DNA from: Gemmatimonadota bacterium
Lineage (GTDB): Bacteria; Gemmatimonadota; Gemmatimonadetes; Longimicrobiales; RSA9
Length of the DNA: 55,396 nucleotides
Direction of reading: 5' to 3'
NCBI GenBank assembly: GCA_017881445.1
Contig: JADGQX010000004.1
Location: 1-55,396 of the forward strand
Part shown: positions 9,694-20,668 of the stretch, one piece after another
Numbering within the stretch: position 1 is the first letter of the stretch
Layout of the letters: each line of letters begins with the position of its first letter
Program-made: the position numbers and the translations under genes
Notes under the pieces: model-generated
What the model saw: only the letters and a program-made list of their open reading frames with translations
Told to the model about the DNA's origin: nothing
Databases searched by the model: none

Positions 9694-9853
9694 CAATGGG
9701 TGCAACCAGGACGACTCATCACTCGTACTGGACGCCATGGACAGGACGAGGGGCGGCAGCACGACCGGCCCGCAGCAGTCGAAGCACCGACCTGGCACAA
9801 CCACCCGCGCCGAACGGCGGCGCGTTGCCGACCATGCTTCGGAGGAGGGGACG

Positions 9854-10381
9854 ATGTCGAGGATCCGGGCTTTCGTGATCGTGGCGGCCGTCGCCGCCGT
9901 TGCGCTTCCCTTGAGCGTGCGGGCGCAGGACAACGCGCCTACCGCGGACCAGTTGCAGGCCCGCGCCCAGGCACTGTACCCCAGCCCGGATCTGTACCCG
10001 GTGGCGGCCAGGCTCTTCCAGCGGTCGGCGGCAATGCGCGCGCCGGGTGATCCACGGGCGGTGGACGCGCTGGCCATGGCCGCCCGGCTGCTGACCTATT
10101 CCGGACAGTACGGCCGGGCTCGTGCCGCCATGGAGAGTGCGGCGGAGCGCGCACTGGCGGATGGGGACGTGGTGACGGCCGCGTATCGCTTCGCGGACGC
10201 CGCCTACATCGCCGGCAACTACGCCCACACCACCCGGGCCGAGGACCTGGTGGAGCGCGTGGTCTGGCTGGCTTCGGTTCCCGGGCTGAGCGCCGGGCAG
10301 CGCCAGGACATGCTCGAGCGCCTGGGACCCACGGCGCTTCCCAGCGCCATCTCCGGAGCGGGCCTGGCGTCGGTGAAGTGA
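9854..10381 (+). CDS. Secreted alpha-helical (TPR-like) hypothetical protein
   Basis: GGAGG RBS, signal peptide MSRIRAFVIVAAVAAVALPLSVRA-Q. Confidence 0.8.
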   Translation: MSRIRAFVIVAAVAAVALPLSVRAQDNAPTADQLQARAQALYPSPDLYPVAARLFQRSAAMRAPGDPRAVDALAMAARLLTYSGQYGRARAAMESAAERALADGDVVTAAYRFADAAYIAGNYAHTTRAEDLVERVVWLASVPGLSAGQRQDMLERLGPTALPSAISGAGLASVK

Positions 10382-10387
10382 CCGAAA

Positions 10388-10470
10388 CGGATCCGGCGGG
10401 CGGGCGCCGCCCGCCCGCCGGGTCCGACGACGCAGAACGGCGCCCGGAGCGGTTTCGCTCCGGGCGCCGT
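10388..10470. terminator. Two tandem GC hairpins between convergent genes
   Basis: 10388-10426 and ACGGCGCCCGGAGCG-gttt-CGCTCCGGGCGCCGT at 10437-10470. Confidence 0.65.
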
Positions 10471-10503
10471 GCGCTTCGGGCAGGTCCTCGGGGAGCGGCG
10501 GGC

Positions 10504-13779
<3,276 letters not shown>

Positions 13780-13781
13780 GG

Positions 13782-14936
13782 TCAGCGCCCCGCCGGAGCG
13801 GGCGAGCCCGCCTTGGCCGTGGGGGCGGTGCGCTCGGTAGGACTCACGCCGCCCGCCGCCGCCATGCGCACGGTCGCGCCGTCGGCGAGGTCACCCGGTG
13901 CCGCGACCACCGTCTCGCCCACGGTCACGCCAGAGAGGATCTCCACCGCGCCCCGGGCCTCGTCACGCTCGCCCACCTTCACCTGCTGCTTCACCGCCTT
14001 GCCGCCGCGCACCGCCCAGACGTACGTGTCCTGGCCCGCACCCCGCAGCGAGGCGATGGGAACCACCACGCCCTCCCGGCTCGCACCCGTCAGGATCCGC
14101 CCCGTGGCGTACAGCCCGCCCACGATCGCGCGGTCCGTGTTCGGCAGCCGGACGTAGACGCCCACCTGTCGCGTGGACGCGTCCGCCGTGGGCTCGACCC
14201 GCGCCACGTTGCCGCGGAAGGTCCGACCGGGGTACGCGTCCAGCGTGAACTCGACGCGCATGCCCGCGCGGACCTTGACCGCGTCCTCCGCCGGGATCTC
14301 GCCCTCGAGCTCGAGCTGGCGCGCGTCCACGACCGTGAAGAGCACGGCGCCGGGGTTGACCGCCTCCCCTTCGTTGGCCTTGCGCTCGCTCACGTCGCCG
14401 TCGAAGGGCGCGGAAACGTTCGCGCGCCGCGCCGCCTCGCCCGCCGCCGCCTCGCCCGCACGGGCGGCCGCCAGCTGCGCCAGGGACGACTCGTAGCCCG
14501 CCTGCGCTGCCTGCAGGTCGAAGTCGGAGACGGCACCGGCCGCGTGCAGCTTCTTCGACGACTCGAGCTGCCGCAGCGCGAGGGCAACGCCGGCCTGCGC
14601 GGCGGCCACGGCGGCTTTCGCGCCCACGGCCTGGCTGCGCACGCCCTCCGCCTGCAGCGCCGCCATGAGCTGCCCCGCCGAGACCCGGCTGCCGCGATCC
14701 ACCCGGAGGCCCGTGAGCACGCCTGGCACCTGCGCCCGCACCTCGGCCACCTTGTAGGGCGCCAGCGTGCCGGTCACCACCACCGCCTCGCCGATGCTCT
14801 CGCGCGCGGCCGTGGCGAGGTCGGCCTGCGCGAGCACGACCACGGTGGCGGCGTCGCCCGCGTTCTTCTTTCCGCCGCACGCGGCCATGGCCAGCGCCAG
14901 CGCGAGCAACCCGAATGTCCTGCCATGCCTGTTCAT
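13782..14936 (-). CDS. RND efflux periplasmic adaptor (MFP) lipoprotein
   Basis: Lipobox LAMAAC, APFDGDV lipoyl-like motif, position between TolC and RND genes. Confidence 0.93.
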   Translation of the reverse strand: MNRHGRTFGLLALALAMAACGGKKNAGDAATVVVLAQADLATAARESIGEAVVVTGTLAPYKVAEVRAQVPGVLTGLRVDRGSRVSAGQLMAALQAEGVRSQAVGAKAAVAAAQAGVALALRQLESSKKLHAAGAVSDFDLQAAQAGYESSLAQLAAARAGEAAAGEAARRANVSAPFDGDVSERKANEGEAVNPGAVLFTVVDARQLELEGEIPAEDAVKVRAGMRVEFTLDAYPGRTFRGNVARVEPTADASTRQVGVYVRLPNTDRAIVGGLYATGRILTGASREGVVVPIASLRGAGQDTYVWAVRGGKAVKQQVKVGERDEARGAVEILSGVTVGETVVAAPGDLADGATVRMAAAGGVSPTERTAPTAKAGSPAPAGR

Positions 14937-15004
14937 ATCGTTCGCCCCGAATCCTGGGGTACGTTGTGCCGTCCGTGATGTCGTCGCCCGTGCCGCCATG
15001 TCGG

Positions 15005-16525
15005 TCACGGCAGCGTGGTGGCGTCCGGCGGTAGCCCGAGGGCCCGCTCCGCTCGCGCCAGCGCCGCGTAGGCGTCGTGATAGGCCTGGACTTCGTTGAT
15101 GCGCGCCTGCTGCAGCGCCAGCCGCGCCGACGAGACGTCCAGCTGCGTCGCGAGTCCTTCGGCGTAGCGCAGCTCCGTCAGGTCGTAGACCTTCTGCGCC
15201 TGGGCGGCGGTGCGCGTGGCCGCGTCCACCAGCGCCTTGCCCCGCTCGAAGTCGCCCCACGCCTGCTGGTACTGGATGCGCACGCCGTCCCGCAGCTGCT
15301 CCTGCTGTACCTCCGCCTGCTTCAGCTGCGCGTGGGCCGCATCCAGGTCGGCCGTGCGGCGCAGCCCCTGGAACAGCGGCCACTGGACCGCGAAGGCCAG
15401 GTTCCAGTCGTCCTGCCACTCGTTGTTCGAGGGGAAGCGGATCGTGCTGGGATACGCCTGGCGGTTCATGGTGCCGCTGAAGGCCACGGTGGGCAGGAAG
15501 GCCGCCCGCGCGATGGTCACCTGCGCCTTGCGGATGTCGATCGACTTGCCCGCCGCCCGCATGGCGCCGCGCTGATCGAGCTGCGGCAGCGCTTCCTGGG
15601 CCGTGGGCAGCTGCAGGGCGACGACGGGCGTCCCGGCCTTCGTCCTGGACGTCAGCTCCGTCGTCAGCCGCAGCTCCGACTCCGCGGGAAGCCGCAGGAG
15701 GCGCTTCAGGTTGAGCTGCGCCAGCTCCCGGCCGCTGCGCACCTGCTGCAGCTGCGGCAGCAGGTTCGACAGGTCCACGGCCGCCCGCAGCGTGTCCAGC
15801 TCGGACGCGCGCCCCGCCTCGAAGCGCAGCTTCACCTGCTTCAGGTGCTCTCCGGCCAGCTCCACGCTCTGCTCCACGATGGCCACGCTGCGATCCGCCA
15901 GCTGCGCGTCGTAGTAGCCCGTCTTCACCTGCAGGGCCACCTCCGAGCGGGTCTCGTCCAGGGAGAAGCGCGCGGCGTCCGCGGCATCACCCGCGATATT
16001 GATCCCCGCCTTCACCCGGCCGCCGGTGTAGATCGGCTGGGTCACGCTCAGCCCCGCGATCCAGGTGTTGGCCCGACCGAAAGGCATCTGGCTGAACAGG
16101 CCCACCAGCGACCCGAGCGCCGCATCCGGTGTCTTGTCCTCCAGGTACTTCACCCGCTGATCGAGCGGCAGACTGGAGTTCGGGTCGAACTTCATGCTGT
16201 CCGGCAGCGTGAAGCCGACGTTCTGGAACACCGACCTCAGTGCGCGCGAATACGCCAGCTGCGTGTTGAACTGCGGCATCGCGTTCGACCAGGCCGAGCG
16301 CGACTGCGCCTCCGCGTAGTCCAGCTGCGACCGGGCGTTGCGCACGTCCGCGTTCTCCTCCAGCGCCCGCCCCAGCGCGTCCGTCAGGCTCAGATCGATT
16401 CGCGCCGGCGCCGGCGCCGACGCCGCGGGAGCGGGCCGCGTCGCGCCCCCGCTCTGCGCACGACTCGCCCCCGGCGTCAGCGCAGCCAGCGCCGCAACCG
16501 CCACGCATAGCTTCAGACCGCTCAT
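15005..16525 (-). CDS. TolC family outer membrane efflux protein
   Basis: Signal peptide, LSLTDAL..AL..N, RFEAG, RYAEGLAT motifs. Confidence 0.93.
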   Translation of the reverse strand: MSGLKLCVAVAALAALTPGASRAQSGGATRPAPAASAPAPARIDLSLTDALGRALEENADVRNARSQLDYAEAQSRSAWSNAMPQFNTQLAYSRALRSVFQNVGFTLPDSMKFDPNSSLPLDQRVKYLEDKTPDAALGSLVGLFSQMPFGRANTWIAGLSVTQPIYTGGRVKAGINIAGDAADAARFSLDETRSEVALQVKTGYYDAQLADRSVAIVEQSVELAGEHLKQVKLRFEAGRASELDTLRAAVDLSNLLPQLQQVRSGRELAQLNLKRLLRLPAESELRLTTELTSRTKAGTPVVALQLPTAQEALPQLDQRGAMRAAGKSIDIRKAQVTIARAAFLPTVAFSGTMNRQAYPSTIRFPSNNEWQDDWNLAFAVQWPLFQGLRRTADLDAAHAQLKQAEVQQEQLRDGVRIQYQQAWGDFERGKALVDAATRTAAQAQKVYDLTELRYAEGLATQLDVSSARLALQQARINEVQAYHDAYAALARAERALGLPPDATTLP

Positions 16526-17056
16526 CTATCCCTCTCCCCGGGTGCCCGCAGCCACCAGCCCGTCACCCGCGCAATGCCGCGAGTGGTCCCGGATCCAGCG
16601 CTCGCCCGCACCCTCGACCTCGTCCAGCAGGTGATCGTAGAATTCCGCCAGCGTCTCCAGCCGGCAACGCACCGCCGGCTCCTTGCCCACGCCTTCCCCC
16701 AGCGCCCTCACCAGCAGCTGGTGGATGCCCCTCAGCCCCACCAGCCACTGCTGCAGCATGCGCGTGTGCAGGTTCGCCGGGATCCGGTAGAAGCCCCGGC
16801 GGTCCCCCGCGTGCGCCACTCGCTCGATCCTATCGCCCCGCTCCAGCATGCGTGTGTACGTGCTCACGCTCGCCTTGCTCACGTGCAGCACGCTCGCGAG
16901 CTCATCCAGCGAGCAGGCCTCCGACGAAACCAGCAGGTACGCCACGATGCGGCCCGCCGTCCGCGGCAGACCCTCCGCGTCGAAACGGGAGCCGACCTGT
17001 TCCACCCAGTGCTGTGTGGGCTCGTCCATGGGCACGTGTCCGGACTGCTGATTCAT
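16526..17056 (-). CDS. GbsR/MarR family transcriptional regulator
   Basis: GLPRTAGRIVAYLL...SLDELA...VSKASVST..RML...GDRR..Y; first gene of the efflux operon. Confidence 0.9.
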   Translation of the reverse strand: MNQQSGHVPMDEPTQHWVEQVGSRFDAEGLPRTAGRIVAYLLVSSEACSLDELASVLHVSKASVSTYTRMLERGDRIERVAHAGDRRGFYRIPANLHTRMLQQWLVGLRGIHQLLVRALGEGVGKEPAVRCRLETLAEFYDHLLDEVEGAGERWIRDHSRHCAGDGLVAAGTRGEG

Positions 17057-17083
17057 GAGGCTAAGGATACGTCGTTTGGATTG

Positions 17084-17099
17084 TTCAGAATATTCTGAA
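17084..17099. promoter_or_regulatory. Perfect 16-bp palindrome TTCAGAATATTCTGAA, candidate operator of the MarR/GbsR regulator
   Basis: AT-rich perfect palindrome ~28 nt upstream of ATG 17056, next to a TATCCT -10-like box. Confidence 0.7.
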
Positions 17100-17144
17100 A
17101 GTTCCGGACGACGTGTGGTGGAACGGACTACGCTGGCTCCGTCG

Positions 17145-17209
17145 CCATACTCCGGCCACCGTACTCCGGCCACCGTATTCCGGCGACCGAGATCCGGGCA
17201 CCGAACTCC
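17145..17209. repeat. 14-bp-period repeat array (CCGTACTCCGGCCA-like) x5, solo arm
   Basis: Units at 17145, 17159, 17173, 17187, 17201; same motif and orientation as 28295-28348. Confidence 0.85.
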
Positions 17210-17219
17210 AATGGGTTAG

Positions 17220-17290
17220 GGGGGTGCGGAAAAACCGTGTGTCACGAGTGATCTCTTCTTCCGTGAGCGTTTCTTTGACGTCTGCGAGCG
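17220..17290. mobile_element. Possible IS/MITE terminus remnant
   Basis: Lower-GC segment starting GGGGGTGCGGAAAAACC after TTAG, joined to the truncated GH2; only one end seen. Confidence 0.35.
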
Positions 17291-18167
17291 CCGGGGACGG
17301 GCTCCAGAGACGCGGCGCCTTCACCTCCAGCTCCTGCACGACGTCCCGGTCCGTGCCGGCCGGCAGGGTCACGAGCGCCGAGGTGGCCCGGGCCGCGACG
17401 GTGCCGTCGGCGGCGAGCAGCGTGGCGCGCAGGCGGAAAGTGCGGGGTGCGGGAAGCTCGTTGCGCACGTGCACCTTCGCCCGCACCGTCGCCGACTCGC
17501 GCGAGACCTGCGGGTAGGTCACGAACACGCCGCCGCTCGCGGGCCGGTCCGCGAGAATGGGATCGGTGATGTGCAGAGGGCTGGTGCGTACGAGGTACAC
17601 CGGCCGGTACAGTCCGCCGTACGTGTTGAAGTCGAGCTGGGCCAGCGGCTTGGGGCCGGTGATCGGGTTGTCGCGGTTGTCCAGCCGCACGGCGAGCACG
17701 TGCCCGCTCCCCGTGGCGACGCCCTGGCTTATGTCCAGCACGAAGGGGAGGTAGCCGCCCATGTGGCCGCCGACGCGCCGGCCGTCCAGCCAGACGTCGG
17801 CCACGTTCATGGCGCCCTCGAAGCGCAGCAGCACCTTCCCGCCGGCGGCGGCGGGTTCCAGGCGCAGGGTGCGGCGGTACCAGCAGATGCCCTGCCACTG
17901 GGCGTCGGGCGAGCCGACCGCGCCCGTGACCAGCGCCTCGATGCGGGCGGTGTGGGGCAGGGAGACCGGCTCCCAAAGCCGATCATCGAAGTCGGCGCGC
18001 TCGGCGCCGGTCGCGTCCTGGCGCAGGAAGCGCCAGCCCGTGTCCAGGCGCTCGACGGTCCGCCCGGCTGCCGGGGCGTCGGAGGCCGCCAGCCAATCGG
18101 CGGAGCCGAGCACCGCCGTCGCGGCGCCCGCGCCCAGCACGCCCCCGACGAACTCGCGCCGCTTTAT
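17290..18167 (-). pseudogene. GH2 glycoside hydrolase, N-terminal fragment only
   Basis: Tat-like KRREFVGG, sugar-binding domain (LRFEGAMN, YGGLYRPV) and Ig-like domain up to PRLWSP; TIM-barrel absent; start codon reads ATA. Confidence 0.82.
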
Positions 18168-20644
18168 TTCGCACCCCCGCGGCTCACGGACGGGATGGAC
18201 GGGGGCGCGACTCCCCTGGCCACGCGCAGCGTGGTGCTGGCGCTCCGCAGCCCAGCCGCGGCGGCCGTCACGCGCAACATGCCCGGCCGGTCGGCGCGCA
18301 GGATGGCCAGCCCGCGGCCGTTGAAGGCCCGCCGGTGGTCGGCGCGATACGGGTCGTGGTCCACGAGGCTGGCGTTGTCCAGCGCCAGCAGGAAGCCGCC
18401 CTCGACGGTGAAGGCGACGACGTCGCCCGCCGTGGGCACCACGACGCCGGCGGAGTCCACGATCTCGAAGGTGACGTTGGCCACGTCGCCCGGGGTGGTG
18501 CTGACGCTGTCGCGATCCGCGGCCAGGCGGATGGCGGCGGGCGGACCGGCCGTGCGCACCTCCGCCTCGCACGTGACCTTGCCGTCGCGCTTGCCCACGG
18601 CCCTGAGCACGCCGGGCTCATAGGGCACGTCCCAGCTCAGGTGCAGGTCCCGGGTGGTGGGGTTGACCTGCGGCCGGGCGTAGCTGTTCCACCCCCCCGA
18701 CGCGCCCTGCGCCGGGAACTCCACCCGCTTCTCCCCCAGCGACCGACCGTTCAGGAACAGCTCGACGGCGCCGCAGCTGGTGTAGGCCAGGACGGGAATG
18801 AGCTGGCCCTCGCGCCCCGCCCAGTTCCAGTGGGGGAAGAGGTGCAGCACGGGACGGTCGGTCCACTGGCTCTGGTAGAGGTAGTACGAGTCCTTGGGAC
18901 CGCCGGTGATGTCCACGGGGCCGGAGCCGGAGCCCTTGCCGGGCCAGCGGGTCTCGCCCAGGTAGTCGATGCCGGTCCACATGAAGTCGCCGGCGAAGTA
19001 GTCGTGGGTGGAGACCCACTGCCACAGGTGCTCCGCGCGGATCATCCCGGTGGTGTAATTGGGGCGGACCAGCTTCGGGTCGGGGCCGAGCGAGTAGGTG
19101 CCGCCGAAGGTGTTGAAGGCGGAGGCGCTCTCCGTGCCCACCATGCGCCAGTCGGGGTGGTCGTGGCGGTCCTGCTCGGCGAACGTCTCCCGCCGCTCGT
19201 GCCAGCGGTCCACGTAGTTGTAACCGACGACGTCCTCCGTACCCAGGAAGGCGTCGGTCGCCCGGCCGTCGTCGGCCGCGATGTGGTCGTTCCCGGTGGT
19301 CACCGGGCGCGTCGGGTCCTCCCGGTGGAAGTTGTCCACCAGCCGCTTCAGCACCGTGTCCCCTCGGGGCGCGGCCTGCTCGCCGATCTCGTTGCCGGCG
19401 CTCCAGAGCACGATGGAGGGATGGTTCCGGTCGCGGTGGATGAAGTCGGTGAGGTCCCGCTCGGACCATTCGGCGAAGTAGTTGTGGTAGCCCGCGGGGA
19501 CCTTGCCGAAGGTCCACTCGTCGAAGGCCTCCGCCATGACCAGCAAGCCCATGCGGTCGCAGAGGTCCAGGAATTCGGGGGCGGGTGGGTTGTGCGAGGT
19601 GCGGATGGCGTTGGCGCCCATGGCTTTCAGCACCTCGAGCCGCCGCTCCCAGACGCGCTCCGGCACCGCGGCGCCCACGGCGCCGCCGTCGTGGTGCAGG
19701 TTGACGCCGTTCAGCTTCACGCGCCGCCCGTTCAGCAGGAAGCCGCGGTCCTTGTCCCAGGCGATGCTGCGGATGCCGAAGTGGGTGGTGGTCGAGTCCA
19801 CGGCGCGCCCGCCGACGAGCAGGACGGTGCGCAGCCGGTACATTGTGGGCGACTCCACGGACCAGAGCCGGGGGGACGCGACCTGCAGCCGCTGTTCCAG
19901 CTCGGTGCCCGCCCCGGCCGGGGCCGCGAAGGGTGCCTCCGTGCGTGCCACCTCGCGGCCGGTGGCATCGATGACCGCCAGCCACAGCAAACCGTTGCCC
20001 GCCTCCGGGCGCCCGTTCTCGATGCGGGTGCGCACCAGCACCTCGGCGGCGGCACTGTCCGCGCGCGGCGTGGTCAGGTACGTGCCCCAGTGCGCCACGC
20101 GCAGCCGGTCGCTCAGGGTCAGCCACACGTGCCGGTAGATGCCGCTGCCCGAATACCAGCGCGAGTTCGGCTGCTTCGAGTTGTCCACCCTCACGGCGAC
20201 GACGTTCACCCCCGGCAGCAGGTAGGGCGTGACGTCGTAGGCGAAGCCGATGTAGCCAAACGGCCGGTGGCCCAGCAGGTGGCCGTTGAGCCAGACGTCG
20301 CTGTTCATGTAGACGCCGTCGAACTCCAGCTCGACGTGGCGGCCGCGGGCGCCGCCCGGCACCTGGAACGCCTTGCGGTACCAGCCAATGCCCGTGGGGA
20401 AGTAGCCCACCTGCCCGCCGCCCGGGGCGTCCTGCGAGGGCGTCCCTTCGATGCTCCAGTCGTGGGGCAGGTCGAGCACGCGCCACTTGCCGTCGTCGAA
20501 GGTGGGCCGGTCGGCGCCGGCGGGGTCGCCCAGCGTGAAACGCCAGCCCGGGTCCATGGACAGGCGCTGCCGCTGCGCGGAAGCGGGGCCGGCGGTCGCC
20601 AGCGCGGCCAGGGCGAGCAACGATACCATGACGAAGCGTCTCAT
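18164..20644 (-). CDS. GH2 glycoside hydrolase (beta-galactosidase-like), secreted
   Basis: LPHDWSIE, SRWYSGSGIYRHV, NAIRTSHNP, RDRNHPSIVLWSAGNE, WTGIDYLGE. Confidence 0.95.
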   Translation of the reverse strand: MRRFVMVSLLALAALATAGPASAQRQRLSMDPGWRFTLGDPAGADRPTFDDGKWRVLDLPHDWSIEGTPSQDAPGGGQVGYFPTGIGWYRKAFQVPGGARGRHVELEFDGVYMNSDVWLNGHLLGHRPFGYIGFAYDVTPYLLPGVNVVAVRVDNSKQPNSRWYSGSGIYRHVWLTLSDRLRVAHWGTYLTTPRADSAAAEVLVRTRIENGRPEAGNGLLWLAVIDATGREVARTEAPFAAPAGAGTELEQRLQVASPRLWSVESPTMYRLRTVLLVGGRAVDSTTTHFGIRSIAWDKDRGFLLNGRRVKLNGVNLHHDGGAVGAAVPERVWERRLEVLKAMGANAIRTSHNPPAPEFLDLCDRMGLLVMAEAFDEWTFGKVPAGYHNYFAEWSERDLTDFIHRDRNHPSIVLWSAGNEIGEQAAPRGDTVLKRLVDNFHREDPTRPVTTGNDHIAADDGRATDAFLGTEDVVGYNYVDRWHERRETFAEQDRHDHPDWRMVGTESASAFNTFGGTYSLGPDPKLVRPNYTTGMIRAEHLWQWVSTHDYFAGDFMWTGIDYLGETRWPGKGSGSGPVDITGGPKDSYYLYQSQWTDRPVLHLFPHWNWAGREGQLIPVLAYTSCGAVELFLNGRSLGEKRVEFPAQGASGGWNSYARPQVNPTTRDLHLSWDVPYEPGVLRAVGKRDGKVTCEAEVRTAGPPAAIRLAADRDSVSTTPGDVANVTFEIVDSAGVVVPTAGDVVAFTVEGGFLLALDNASLVDHDPYRADHRRAFNGRGLAILRADRPGMLRVTAAAAGLRSASTTLRVARGVAPPSIPSVSRGGAK

Positions 20645-20668
20645 GCGGAATCCTGGCGTGTTCGTGGA

